Shown: in pieces, positions 45,729 to 55,637 of the stretch
Layout of the letters: each line of letters opens with the position of its first letter
Numbering within the stretch: position 1 is the first letter of the stretch
Assembly (NCBI GenBank): GCA_963422205.2
Contig: CAXMWX010000005.1
Location: 96,001-160,000, forward strand
Length of the DNA: 64,000 nt
DNA from: Gammaproteobacteria bacterium
GTDB lineage: Bacteria; Pseudomonadota; Gammaproteobacteria; Eutrophobiales; Eutrophobiaceae
Direction of reading: 5' to 3'
Notes under the pieces: model-generated
Database searches by the model: none
What the model was told of the DNA's origin: nothing
The model's input: the letters and a program-made list of their open reading frames with translations, nothing else
Translations under genes and position numbers: made by a program

Positions 45729-47084
45729 ATGGCAGGTATTGATAAAATCACAGCGCTCACTATCCGACTGCTTGATCGTCATCTACCTGAACCCTTCACA
45801 TTTGCCCTGCTGATAACAGGCATCACCCTGACCCTGGTCATGCTGTTTACTGACACATCGTTCATCCTGGCCGTTCAGTTCTGGGGTAATGGCCTGAGTA
45901 TGTTGTTAGAGTTCATCGCACAAATGGCCCTGATGGTATTCCTTTCCTACACGCTGGCCAATTTAGGCCCGATGAGGAGACTGCTGGAAAAACTGTCAAG
46001 TATCCCAAACTCGGCGACCCAGGCTTATCTATTCATCGTCTATGTGGTTGGTATAATCAGCTTGATTGCCTGGCCTGCCGGCCTGATATGTGGCGGTATA
46101 TTAGCCCGACATACAGCAATGACGGCAAAACAGAGAGACATCAAAATTCACTATCCCTTACTCGCTGGTGCGGCCTATGGCGGCTTCGTTGTGTGGCACA
46201 TGGGCTACTCGGCCAGCGCCCCTTTATTTGTCGCCACCAAAGGCAATGCCATGCAGGAACAACTGGGCGAGGTGATACCGATTACAGAGACAATAGCCAC
46301 CACCTGGAACATAACGCTGGCCTTGTTGACTCTGACTGTCGTTGCCTTCACGTCCGTATTTCTGCACCCCAAAAACCCCCGGCTTATCGAAGAAATTGAA
46401 CAAAAATCGAGCGTGCAAGAGGCACAATCGGTTGTCATCACAAGCCGATATGGCCTGGCCGCCATGCTTGAACACCACAGGCTGATCACCCTGTCAACGG
46501 GCATATTGCTGCTTATCTATGTTGGTCATTGGTTCCTCAGCAAAGGGCTGCAATTAAACTTGAACATCGTCAACTGGTCGCTGTTAGCGCTCATCCTGCT
46601 GTGTTGTAAATCGGCGCATGAACTTAACAATACGATGATAACAGGCGGCAAAGTCATGGTGCCGATCATACAACAATATCCCCTGTATGCCGGTATCATG
46701 GGCGTGATGTTAAGCAGTGGTCTGGTGCCAACAATAGCGGAGGGGTTTATTCGCATTGCTGCGGCAGAGACACTGCCGTTTATCTGTTTCCTTGTTGCGG
46801 CTATTGTCAATCTCTTTATCCCTTCCGGTGGCGCCCAGTGGACGGTGCAGGGGCCGATTTTTATTGAAGCGGCCACACGGCTTGGCGTGGACTATGAACT
46901 CATTGTCATGAGTGTGGCCTATGGGGATCAGTGGACAAATTTAATTCACCCTTTCAGTGTCATTATCCTGTTGATTTTGACCGGGCTGAAATTAAAACAA
47001 GTCTTGAGTTATTCCGCAGTATTATTTATTGCCGCCGGTCTGCCGCTCGGCTCAGGATTACTGTTATTACCGCACCTGCTATGA
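45729..47084 (+). CDS. Short-chain fatty acid transporter family (AtoE-like)
   Basis: LPEPF.FA, HYPLL, WHMGYS.SAP, QYPLYAGIMG, PSGG.QW.VQGP. Confidence 0.88.
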   Translation: MAGIDKITALTIRLLDRHLPEPFTFALLITGITLTLVMLFTDTSFILAVQFWGNGLSMLLEFIAQMALMVFLSYTLANLGPMRRLLEKLSSIPNSATQAYLFIVYVVGIISLIAWPAGLICGGILARHTAMTAKQRDIKIHYPLLAGAAYGGFVVWHMGYSASAPLFVATKGNAMQEQLGEVIPITETIATTWNITLALLTLTVVAFTSVFLHPKNPRLIEEIEQKSSVQEAQSVVITSRYGLAAMLEHHRLITLSTGILLLIYVGHWFLSKGLQLNLNIVNWSLLALILLCCKSAHELNNTMITGGKVMVPIIQQYPLYAGIMGVMLSSGLVPTIAEGFIRIAAAETLPFICFLVAAIVNLFIPSGGAQWTVQGPIFIEAATRLGVDYELIVMSVAYGDQWTNLIHPFSVIILLILTGLKLKQVLSYSAVLFIAAGLPLGSGLLLLPHLL

Positions 47085-47139
47085 AAGACAAGATAAAAAA
47101 TCAAATCCGGCACACTGTACTTGAAACAGGAGAAATACG

Positions 47140-47487
47140 ATGTCCGAAGAGGCGGTAAAAGCAGTTATTGAAGCGTATGTCGCTGCCTGTCAGGCGGCTG
47201 ATGTGAAGCGGCTACAGGCGGTATTTCACCCCGGGGCGAATATGATGGGCTACATGCAGGGCCGGTTTTTGACAGGCGGTCCGAAACCCTTCTTCGATTC
47301 TGTTACCAGCAGCACCCCCTGCACCTATGATTACAAAATAAGCGAAATCAGCGTAGCAGGCGATGTGGGCTCTGCCCGCCTGGATGAGGAGGGCTATATG
47401 GGCAGCAACTTCACCGATTATTTCCAGCTTGCCCGAACGGAAGATGGCTGGCAGATCGTCAGCAAGGTATTTCATGTCAGGCAATAA
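47140..47487 (+). CDS. Nuclear transport factor 2-like (putative lumazine-binding) protein
   Basis: AVI..Y, FHP.A, FTDYF.L, WQIVSKVF. Confidence 0.75.
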   Translation: MSEEAVKAVIEAYVAACQAADVKRLQAVFHPGANMMGYMQGRFLTGGPKPFFDSVTSSTPCTYDYKISEISVAGDVGSARLDEEGYMGSNFTDYFQLARTEDGWQIVSKVFHVRQ

Positions 47488-47526
47488 TATCCTGTCATTA
47501 TCAGCGCCTGTTGATACCATAGGCGT

Positions 47527-49002
47527 ATGATCACGCCCCGCATTGCCACCGCTGTCCTGCTCACGCATGGTGAGGATCCACAGCGTGAGGTCTATCTGGT
47601 CAAGCGCTCCAGCCAGCTCAAGGCGTTCGCCGGGCAGTGGGCGTTCCCCGGCGGCACTGTGGATGCAATCGATGAGCAGCATGCTGGCTCACAACATCAC
47701 ACCCTGTTACGTTGCGCCATGAGAGAAATCCTGGAAGAGACCGGCCTGCTGCTGATGCCCGATGCACACCCGCCGGCCGATCTGACAACTATCCGGCAGG
47801 CGTTGCTGGATGATGGCGAATCGCCACAATGGGCGGCACTCATTGACTCCATCGAGGTGGAACGAGCCGGCTTTAACCCCGTCTGTGAGTTCACCACACC
47901 GCCGATATCGAAGGTACGTTTTCAGACCCAGTTCATGCAGATACAACTGAACGCCTCGGCTGAGCCGACGATCATCCCTGGCGAGCTGGATGAGGGGGCT
48001 TTCTTCTCAGCCGACCAGGCGATCAAACTATGGGAGGCCGGGGAGATGGCCATCTCCCCGCCGGTGTTGTTTTTACTCAAGCTGATGCAGGGCCGGCCGC
48101 TGGCTGAATTTATTGCCCTGGCCAGTAAAGCCACCGCCGATTTTGAACAGGGACGGCTACCGCCGGGCTGCTTCTCCCCCGGCATCTTCCTGGCACCGCT
48201 AAAGACCCCGACCCTGCCACCGGCGATAACGACCAACACCCTGATCATCGGTAATGAGCAACGCTATATCGTTGATCCGGCCACGCCGGATGCCGATGAG
48301 CAGCAAAAGCTCATGCGGCAACTGGATGACTATCTCGCCCAGGGCAAACAACTCAAGGCCATCCTCTTAACGCATCATCACCCGGATCACATCGGTGCAG
48401 TCAATGTGATCAGCCAACATTATCAACTGCCGGTCAGGGCGCATCCTGAGACTTACCGCCGCATTCCTGAAGGCTACATCAAGGGCGAGCCGCTGTCCGA
48501 TGGCGAGCACATCGCCCTGGGGGTTGCCCCGGATGGCAGTGATGACTGGCAACTGGAGGCCATATACACCCCCGGCCATGCGGTTGATCATATCTGTTTT
48601 ATTGAAAACCGCTATCATGCGGCCATCGTTGGTGATATGTTATCTACCCTGTCCACCATCGTGATCGATCCACCCGAAGGCCACATGCGTACCTACCTCA
48701 ATAGCCTGCATCTGTTACAACAACGCGAAATCAAGGCCCTGTTCCCGGCCCACGGCCATGTCTACAGCGAAGGGGGGGCGCTGATCAGCGAATACATACA
48801 ACACCGGGCAGACCGGGAGCAGGCCATCGTTAAGGCACTTGGCAAGGAGCCGCAATCACTCCCAGCACTGGTTGTGAAAATATACCACGATATGCCGCCG
48901 CAAGCGCATCACATCGCCTCACGCTCGCTGCTGGCCGGGCTGATCAAACTACAGGAAGATGGCGTATGCAAGGAGCAGGCAGGTAACTGGTGCCGCCGGT
49001 AG
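47527..49002 (+). CDS. NUDIX + metallo-beta-lactamase (LACTB2-like) fusion protein
   Basis: FPGG...REILEETG Nudix box; THHHPDH, TPGH, GD, PAHG; winged-helix-like C-terminus. Confidence 0.85.
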   Translation: MITPRIATAVLLTHGEDPQREVYLVKRSSQLKAFAGQWAFPGGTVDAIDEQHAGSQHHTLLRCAMREILEETGLLLMPDAHPPADLTTIRQALLDDGESPQWAALIDSIEVERAGFNPVCEFTTPPISKVRFQTQFMQIQLNASAEPTIIPGELDEGAFFSADQAIKLWEAGEMAISPPVLFLLKLMQGRPLAEFIALASKATADFEQGRLPPGCFSPGIFLAPLKTPTLPPAITTNTLIIGNEQRYIVDPATPDADEQQKLMRQLDDYLAQGKQLKAILLTHHHPDHIGAVNVISQHYQLPVRAHPETYRRIPEGYIKGEPLSDGEHIALGVAPDGSDDWQLEAIYTPGHAVDHICFIENRYHAAIVGDMLSTLSTIVIDPPEGHMRTYLNSLHLLQQREIKALFPAHGHVYSEGGALISEYIQHRADREQAIVKALGKEPQSLPALVVKIYHDMPPQAHHIASRSLLAGLIKLQEDGVCKEQAGNWCRR

Positions 49003-49070
49003 ATTAGGCCAGATCAGCACCACCTTACAAGCCGACCGGCGCCAGGGCAGCATCAGCCGTTGCCTGGGCT

Positions 49071-49388
49071 TCATTGAGGCAACAGCCGCTCTTCGATCTG
49101 GATGACAGGTTCGATATTAGTGAAGTTGGGAATATCGCCCATGATCTCTTCGGCATGGGGGCCGAAGGCTGTTTCGAACTCATCAACGCTGTCAAACCAG
49201 AGGCTGGCAACGGTGACATAAGGCACCGGCGCACCCGCCGCACCGCTCAAGCCCTTACAGACTTCAAGCTGCCTGATAGCACCGCCTAGCCTTTTCTGCA
49301 CCAGCGGCATGTGTGTTTGCAGGTAATACTCATAATCAAAATTACCGCCGTCTTGTCTGGGGTACATCACGTTCACTCTTATCATCAT
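49071..49388 (-). CDS. EthD family protein
   Basis: VMYP, FDYEYY..HMPLV, DIPNFT.I.P. Confidence 0.85.
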   Translation of the reverse strand: MMIRVNVMYPRQDGGNFDYEYYLQTHMPLVQKRLGGAIRQLEVCKGLSGAAGAPVPYVTVASLWFDSVDEFETAFGPHAEEIMGDIPNFTNIEPVIQIEERLLPQ

Positions 49389-49582
49389 AACTCCTTAACA
49401 TGAAAAATTATTGCCCGGCACCGATCACCAGAAGGCTGACTGTGCTGGATGTCGTGATACAGTACCAGTTTTTCACGGCGGTTGCGTCGTTTTTTGCTGC
49501 ATGGCAGATTAAGAGGGGCTTGGCCTCGCTCAAGCACAGCCGCTATAATGCCCTGCAATCGCACGGTGCTGGATACAACACC

Positions 49583-50224
49583 ATGAAACTGTACACCTAT
49601 TATCGAAGCTCTGCCGCCTACCGAGTGAGGATCGCACTCAACCTGAAACGAATAGCCTGTGAATATGTCTACCTTGACTTAAAAAATGCGGCACACAAGA
49701 CGAAGAGTTTCGCCGCCATCAATCCACAGCAGTTTGTCCCGACCCTGCTGGTCAATGGTAACGGCATGACACAATCCTTGAGCATCATCCGCTATCTTGA
49801 TACGACCTGCCCCGAACCCGGACTGTACGGCGATGATGCCATGCAGACAGCACAGATAGAATCCGCTTCTCAGTTAATCGCCTGTGATATCCATCCCTTA
49901 AATAACCTGCGTGTGCTGCAATACCTGAAAAATCAGACCGGGCTGCAACCGACCGAGGTGGATGACTGGTATCGACACTGGATCACGGAAGGCTTCAAGG
50001 TGCTTGAGCAGATTGTGCAGCCAGCCAACACCGACACGCCTTTCTGCTTCGCCAACCGGGTGACGCTGGCCGATGTCTGCCTGGCCCCACAGATGTATAA
50101 CGCCCGGCGCTTTGCGGTCAATCTCTCTCCTTACCCCAGGCTGGTGGCGATAGATGCCCATCTCATGAGTCTGGCTGAATTCTCTGATGCCGCCCCGGAA
50201 AATCAACCGGACTGTGCATCATAA
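49583..50224 (+). CDS. maiA: Maleylacetoacetate isomerase (GST zeta)
   Basis: MKLYTYYRSSAAYRVRIALNLK, DIHPLNNLRV, PENQPD; start at ATG 49583. Confidence 0.92.
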   Translation: MKLYTYYRSSAAYRVRIALNLKRIACEYVYLDLKNAAHKTKSFAAINPQQFVPTLLVNGNGMTQSLSIIRYLDTTCPEPGLYGDDAMQTAQIESASQLIACDIHPLNNLRVLQYLKNQTGLQPTEVDDWYRHWITEGFKVLEQIVQPANTDTPFCFANRVTLADVCLAPQMYNARRFAVNLSPYPRLVAIDAHLMSLAEFSDAAPENQPDCAS

Positions 50225-50253
50225 AACCACCGCCGGCCGAATCCCTTATCACC

Positions 50254-51747
50254 ATGAACCTGTTCGATCGGTTTGCCAGCGCCTATGCCAAAGATAAGGC
50301 AAGACCCGTCTTCCTGCATGAGGGCATTTCATTTCATGAGATAGAAAAACGCTCCGCCCAATATGCCAACCTGATAGGCGAGTTGGGGATACACACCGGC
50401 GATCGTGTTTGCATCTGTACCGAGAAGTGTATCGAATGGCTGCTTTTGTATCTGGGTTGCCTTCGCAGCGGCGCCATAGTCCAGCCGCTCAACCCCGACT
50501 TCACGCAAACTGAAATACGATACTATCTCAACGATGCCAGACCATTAGTGATTATCTGTAAACAAAGCCGGTATGGCGAGCTATCTGAATGGGCATCAGG
50601 CGATGGAATCCGTACCGTCCTGACACTGGATGCAGATAACAGCGGCAGCCTGGTCAGGCAAAGCCAGCAGTGCAGGGATACCTTCACCACGACTACAAGC
50701 CAGGCGGACGATCTGGCGGCACTGCTGTACTCTTCCGGTACAACTGGCAAACCCAAGGGCATCCCCATCAGCCACGGCAATTTGATCGCCAATGCAACCG
50801 CCTTGGTAGCCGCCTGGGGTATGAGTGCCGATGATGTCTTGTTACATGCCCTGCCGCTGTTCCATGTACATGGTTTATTCATCGCCCTGGGCACGGCGCT
50901 CGCCGCCGGCAGCCAGATCATCCTGCTGCACAAATTTACTGTCGATGGTGTGCTTCAGGCAATGCCCGATGCCAGCGTGTTTATGGCGGTGCCGACTTAC
51001 TACACCCGCCTGCTGGCCGATGTGCGTTTTGATAAAACATGCTGTCAGCAGATCCGTTTGTTCACCTGTGGCTCTGCGCCCTTGCTGGCGGCAACCTTTG
51101 CCGAGATAGCACAACGCACCGGCCATCAGCCACTGGAGCGTTACGGCATGACCGAAGCGGCCGGGGTGATCACCAGCAACGCCTTAAACGGCGAGCGCCG
51201 GGCAGGCTCAGTCGGCCAGCCGCTGCCGGGGTTGTCCATCAAAATCATTGATGATCATAATGCACCAGTGAGACCGGGCGAGAGGGGCGAGCTTGTCGTC
51301 AAAGGTTCGAGTATTTTCTCCGGTTACTGGCAGCGCCCGGAGGCCACCGCCGCCGCCTTCACCGAAGCGGGTTATTTTCGTACCGGCGATATCGCAAGGA
51401 TAAGCGAAGATGGCCATATTCAGATCGTTGGCAGATGTACGGAGCTGATCATCTCTGCTGGTGAGAACATCTACCCTAAGGAAATCGAAGCGTGCCTGAA
51501 TAACATAAGCGGCATCATCGAATCTGCCGTCATTGGAATCCCGCATACCGATCTCGGCGAGCAGGTCTGTGCCATCATCGTCACTGAAGAAGGTTTTACA
51601 TGCACCGAAGAGGATTTAAAAGCGGCATTAAAACAACGACTCGCCCGCTTCAAAGTACCACGCACGATCCACACCATCGAGCGCTTGCCAAGAAATGCGA
51701 TGGGCAAGGTGCAGAAGCACATCTTGCGTAGGACGTATACGGCTTGA
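50254..51747 (+). CDS. Acyl-CoA synthetase, malonyl-CoA synthetase (MatB)-like
   Basis: [42 protein letters not shown]. Confidence 0.8.
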   Translation: MNLFDRFASAYAKDKARPVFLHEGISFHEIEKRSAQYANLIGELGIHTGDRVCICTEKCIEWLLLYLGCLRSGAIVQPLNPDFTQTEIRYYLNDARPLVIICKQSRYGELSEWASGDGIRTVLTLDADNSGSLVRQSQQCRDTFTTTTSQADDLAALLYSSGTTGKPKGIPISHGNLIANATALVAAWGMSADDVLLHALPLFHVHGLFIALGTALAAGSQIILLHKFTVDGVLQAMPDASVFMAVPTYYTRLLADVRFDKTCCQQIRLFTCGSAPLLAATFAEIAQRTGHQPLERYGMTEAAGVITSNALNGERRAGSVGQPLPGLSIKIIDDHNAPVRPGERGELVVKGSSIFSGYWQRPEATAAAFTEAGYFRTGDIARISEDGHIQIVGRCTELIISAGENIYPKEIEACLNNISGIIESAVIGIPHTDLGEQVCAIIVTEEGFTCTEEDLKAALKQRLARFKVPRTIHTIERLPRNAMGKVQKHILRRTYTA

Positions 51748-51806
51748 ACTCCATACTATGCAGGAAGTATGAAGGCTTATATCACCATTACCCTGTCAGC
51801 GATTAC

Positions 51807-52538
51807 CTAATACAACACCCAGGCCAGGTAGAGCAGCTTGATTGCAAACGCCGTCATCGCCAGCCTGAAGAAGAAGCGGAATTTATTCTCAGAGAGACAA
51901 TGCAGGAGCTGCCGCCCGGCTATGGCGCCGGGGATCCCGGCCAGGATGGCGGCAATGATCACGACCAGCCATTCGCTGTAGTCAAAGCCCTGCAACGTAT
52001 AGGCACTGATCTTTAACAGGTTCATGAATAACAATCCGGCGGCCAGTGTGGCCACGATCTTAAAACGTGACATGGCCTGGCGAAGCATGATCGGCTGAAA
52101 CAAACCGCCGAAAGAAAACAGCGTGGAAAAAAATGAATGCAGCACACCCACACAGAAAAACGGCCTGGGTATAGTGATATGCCATGTGATCGCCGGCACC
52201 CAGGTGGCCAGCAGGATGAACAGGGCAATGACCAAGGCGATCAGAAATGCGGGCAGATGAAAGTACAGCGGCGATGCACTGAATGCACCGATGATGCTGC
52301 CAGAGGCAAACGGGATGACGATCCGCCATTGAATATCTCTCCAGAAGGCAAACGTGCGCCCTAATGACAGGCCCAGCATCATGGGGCTGTGCAGCGGCAC
52401 CACATACTGCATCGGTAATACATTCGACAGCACGGCAATCATGATAAACCCGCCACCCACCGCAAATGCGGAGCTTACCAGGGCGGCGAGAAAAGCGGAG
52501 ATGATGATCAGTATGGCAAGCGGATCAGTCAGCGGCAT
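51807..52538 (-). CDS. TauE/SafE (TSUP) family membrane transporter
   Basis: Hydrophobic; GGG repeat pattern; own ATG at 52538, but currently in frame with the upstream isomerase. Confidence 0.75.
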   Translation of the reverse strand: MPLTDPLAILIIISAFLAALVSSAFAVGGGFIMIAVLSNVLPMQYVVPLHSPMMLGLSLGRTFAFWRDIQWRIVIPFASGSIIGAFSASPLYFHLPAFLIALVIALFILLATWVPAITWHITIPRPFFCVGVLHSFFSTLFSFGGLFQPIMLRQAMSRFKIVATLAAGLLFMNLLKISAYTLQGFDYSEWLVVIIAAILAGIPGAIAGRQLLHCLSENKFRFFFRLAMTAFAIKLLYLAWVLY

Positions 52539-52551
52539 GGTGTGCCGTGCC

Positions 52552-52943
52552 TTATGTTTTATCTTTAAGGTGCTGAGGTGGATGTTGTTTTGTTTGTAGC
52601 TGAGCACCGGATCGGCCTCATACATATAATAAGAGATGGCGAGTAACCTGGAGTTATCGCTATCGGCAAGACATGCCGCCAGCGTGTCAAACACCTGCTG
52701 ACCGGCGGCTTTTTTCACCGCCAGCGAGCGCCCGCCACCCAGGATGCCGGTCAAATGCACAAAGGCATAATCCGCCTTGCCATCAGCGATCAGATAATCC
52801 TCATAGCAAACTGCCCTGAGACGAATGCCCGCCAAAGGAAATAGGCCGGTGGCAACCGCTGCATCACGTAATTCTTTCAGGATATACGCCACATCAATGT
52901 CGTCCTCCAGGTTGGCCGAGTATTCCAGGATAAAATGCGGCAT
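52552..52943 (-). CDS. hpaF: 5-carboxymethyl-2-hydroxymuconate isomerase; stop apparently lost by a 3' frameshift, reads into the TauE gene
   Basis: MPHFILEYSANL, FPLAGIR.RA, AFVH..G.GRS, KQNNIH; TGATG coupling to the dioxygenase. Confidence 0.88.
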
Positions 52944-53764
52944 CAGTTCACTGTCATCACCGCGATGGTGCAACCAACGGCAAAGACCGGGATCGGCTCA
53001 TAGAACCAAATCTCGCCGGTTGCCCCTTCAGTGGCGCCGGCAATGCTGATAAGTGTGCGGATCTCAAAGCCTCCCTGCCCGGCATCCCGGTAGGTCGCCG
53101 CATCGGTATAGGCGAGCAGATCCGCTTTGCGGTTATGAATGAGATGATCCAGAAACTGCCTGTCCCACGGCTCATTTATCGTGCCTGAGTCCGGCGTGGC
53201 CGGCCAATGTGATATGCCACCGGTACCGACGATGGCGATGCGCTCCGGGATGGCATCGCAGGCCTGGCGCACGGCACGCCCGAATGCGTACGCCCGGTGC
53301 AATGGCGTTAAAGGCGGTGCCTGACAATTTATATTCACCGGAATCACCGGCAGGCTGTTATCCGGGTTGAGAAAATGTAACGGCACCATGATACCGTGAT
53401 CGAATTTCCATTCTTCACAAAAGCCAACATCAACCTCCTGCATAACGTCAGCGATGATCTTTTTAGAGAGATCAGGACAGCCGGGGATCTGGCGGCGCTT
53501 GATCTTGAGCCAGTCCTCATCTTCAATCGGCCCCTCGTAGTCCGCCGCCATGCCCATAGCAAAGGGTGGCATGTTGTTGAAGAAAAAATTCCCGAAGTGC
53601 TCGGCAGCGATCACCATCAAGGCATCGGGCTGGCTGGCCTTGATCGCTGTACGCATACGCTCAAAGCCCGCATACAGGCGATGGCACTGGGCAGGATCGG
53701 CCAGCTCCCTGCGGCCGGTGATGCCGGGGGCATGACTGCATACGCCTGCAAAGACCAGACTCAT
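52943..53764 (-). CDS. Class III extradiol dioxygenase beta subunit (LigB/MhpB-like)
   Basis: CSHAP, AEHF.NFF, FDHG..VPL, GTGGISHWP, G.FEIR. Confidence 0.9.
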   Translation of the reverse strand: MSLVFAGVCSHAPGITGRRELADPAQCHRLYAGFERMRTAIKASQPDALMVIAAEHFGNFFFNNMPPFAMGMAADYEGPIEDEDWLKIKRRQIPGCPDLSKKIIADVMQEVDVGFCEEWKFDHGIMVPLHFLNPDNSLPVIPVNINCQAPPLTPLHRAYAFGRAVRQACDAIPERIAIVGTGGISHWPATPDSGTINEPWDRQFLDHLIHNRKADLLAYTDAATYRDAGQGGFEIRTLISIAGATEGATGEIWFYEPIPVFAVGCTIAVMTVN

Positions 53765-53768
53765 GCCC

Positions 53769-54119
53769 TCACCTGTGCTTGCCCGACTGTTCTATTTCCT
53801 GCACGCCGGGCGGCAGGGTTTCACCCAGGGTGGCATAGAGGCCGGCCCGTGGCTGACCGTATCTCTCCAGCCCCTCGCGCAACATATGCAGATAATCAAA
53901 CCAGGCAATCTGATGCAGTGCGGCATAGTGCATCAACAACTGCCCGTTCACACCCAACACATACAACAAGCCGATATCCGGTTGCTTGATGGCCGCCAGT
54001 TCTTCATCAGTCATTGGATAGGCTTCCAATAACGTATCCCGATCGTTCTCAAAACAGGCGCGCACCTTAGGGTCGCGATTTAATTCATAGATCAACTTTT
54101 GGACGTAGTACAGGCTCAT
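53769..54119 (-). CDS. Extradiol dioxygenase alpha subunit (LigA-like)
   Basis: MSLY.VQK..YELNRD, LTDEE-like helix, D.G.LY.LGVN..LL; 4 bp from the beta subunit. Confidence 0.82.
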   Translation of the reverse strand: MSLYYVQKLIYELNRDPKVRACFENDRDTLLEAYPMTDEELAAIKQPDIGLLYVLGVNGQLLMHYAALHQIAWFDYLHMLREGLERYGQPRAGLYATLGETLPPGVQEIEQSGKHR

Positions 54120-54122
54120 GGC

Positions 54123-55637
54123 TTATCTGCCTAACACCGGGATCTTGTGCCGACCATGGGCAAGGCAGATATTTTTCGTTTCCATGTAAAAATCAAAACT
54201 GTAATCGCCGCCATCCCGACCAATACCGCTGTACTTCATGCCACCAAACGGCGATGGCAGGTTGCGATTGTTCTCTGAATTGACCCAGATCATACCGGCC
54301 TCAATCGCCTCGGCCATGCGAAGCCCGCGGCTGCCATCATTGGTCCAGACATAGCCGGTCAAGCCATAATCGGTATCGTTGGCAATCGCCACCGCTTCGG
54401 CTTCACTCGCAAAAGGGATCGCTGTCAATACCGGCCCGAAGATCTCTTCCCGAGCGATCCGCATCGTGTTATCCGCCTGGGTAAACAGGGTCGGCTGCAC
54501 GTAATTACCCGGCCCGTCAATAGCACGGCCACCGGCGGCGATGTGCGCCCCCTCGGCGATGGCCGTGTCCATATAACTGAGGACTTTTTCATGGTGCGAG
54601 GGATGAATTAAGGGCCCGACCTCGGTATGCGGGTCTAACGGGTGGCCCACTTTGATCGCCTGTATCCGTTTGATTAATGCAGCGATAAACTCATCCTCCA
54701 AAGTACGTTGGACAAGCAGGCGGCTGCTGGAGGTACAGCGCTGACCATTCAAGCTGTAAATCATGAAGATAACCGCATCAAGGGCGCGCTCAACATCGCA
54801 ATCATCAAACACGATCACCGGATTTTTACCCCCTAACTCAACATGCACACGCTTTAAGGTGGCTGCCCCCTGTGCCATGATTCGGCTGCCGGTCACGGTC
54901 TCGCCAACAAAGCCGATGGCCTTTACCGCCGGATGCTCGGTCAGTGCCTTGCCAGCGACTTCGCCAAGCCCATTCACAGTATTCCAGACGCCTGCTGGCA
55001 GGCCGGCCTCCTCGCTGATCTCCGCCAGGATCATGGCCGTCAACGGGCTGAACTCGGCCGGCTTGTGTACGATGGTGCAGCCGGCGGCCAGCGCTGGTGC
55101 GATCTTCCAGGTGGCGAGCATGAATGGTGTGTTCCAGGGCGTGATCACACCGACCGGGCCGATGGGAAAACGCTTGGTATAATTAAGATGGTGTTCCTGA
55201 TGCAAGGCCAAACCGTTAGCCGCCTCGGGTGCTTTACTGGCAAAAAAACGCAAGTTCTCTGCCCCCCGGATGGCAGCGGCCTTCATAAAACGGATGGCCT
55301 GGCCGGAGTCCATGCTCTCCACCAGCGCGATCTCCTCAGCCCGCTTTGTGATTAAGTCCGCCAGTTGGTTTAATCGCTGCTTGCGTACCTTGCCGGAGGT
55401 CTGCCGCCACTCCTCAAATGCAGCCGCTGCCCCCGTGCAGGCCAGCGCAATATCCTCCGCCGTACCCGCCGCCACCTGACCGATGACAGAATTATCGACC
55501 GGCGTTAAGTTCTCAAACGTCTTGCCCCCGGCCGGGCTGACAAATGCACCATTGATGTAATGCCCGGTCACGTTATCCCGAAAGCGTTGCAGGTATTTCT
55601 CTGCCTGTCGGATGTTGTGTTTCAACTCATGGTGCAT
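54123..55637 (-). CDS. hpaE: 5-carboxymethyl-2-hydroxymuconate semialdehyde dehydrogenase
   Basis: ITPWNTPFML.TWK, ELGGKNP, YSLNGQRCTSSSR, GGDYSFDFYME. Confidence 0.92.
   Translation of the reverse strand: MHHELKHNIRQAEKYLQRFRDNVTGHYINGAFVSPAGGKTFENLTPVDNSVIGQVAAGTAEDIALACTGAAAAFEEWRQTSGKVRKQRLNQLADLITKRAEEIALVESMDSGQAIRFMKAAAIRGAENLRFFASKAPEAANGLALHQEHHLNYTKRFPIGPVGVITPWNTPFMLATWKIAPALAAGCTIVHKPAEFSPLTAMILAEISEEAGLPAGVWNTVNGLGEVAGKALTEHPAVKAIGFVGETVTGSRIMAQGAATLKRVHVELGGKNPVIVFDDCDVERALDAVIFMIYSLNGQRCTSSSRLLVQRTLEDEFIAALIKRIQAIKVGHPLDPHTEVGPLIHPSHHEKVLSYMDTAIAEGAHIAAGGRAIDGPGNYVQPTLFTQADNTMRIAREEIFGPVLTAIPFASEAEAVAIANDTDYGLTGYVWTNDGSRGLRMAEAIEAGMIWVNSENNRNLPSPFGGMKYSGIGRDGGDYSFDFYMETKNICLAHGRHKIPVLGR

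Noticed and set aside
51807-52973. 388-aa ORF as a single evolved protein
   Set aside because: Better explained as hpaF plus a TauE gene joined by a 2-nt indel; annotated separately and kept as a finding.
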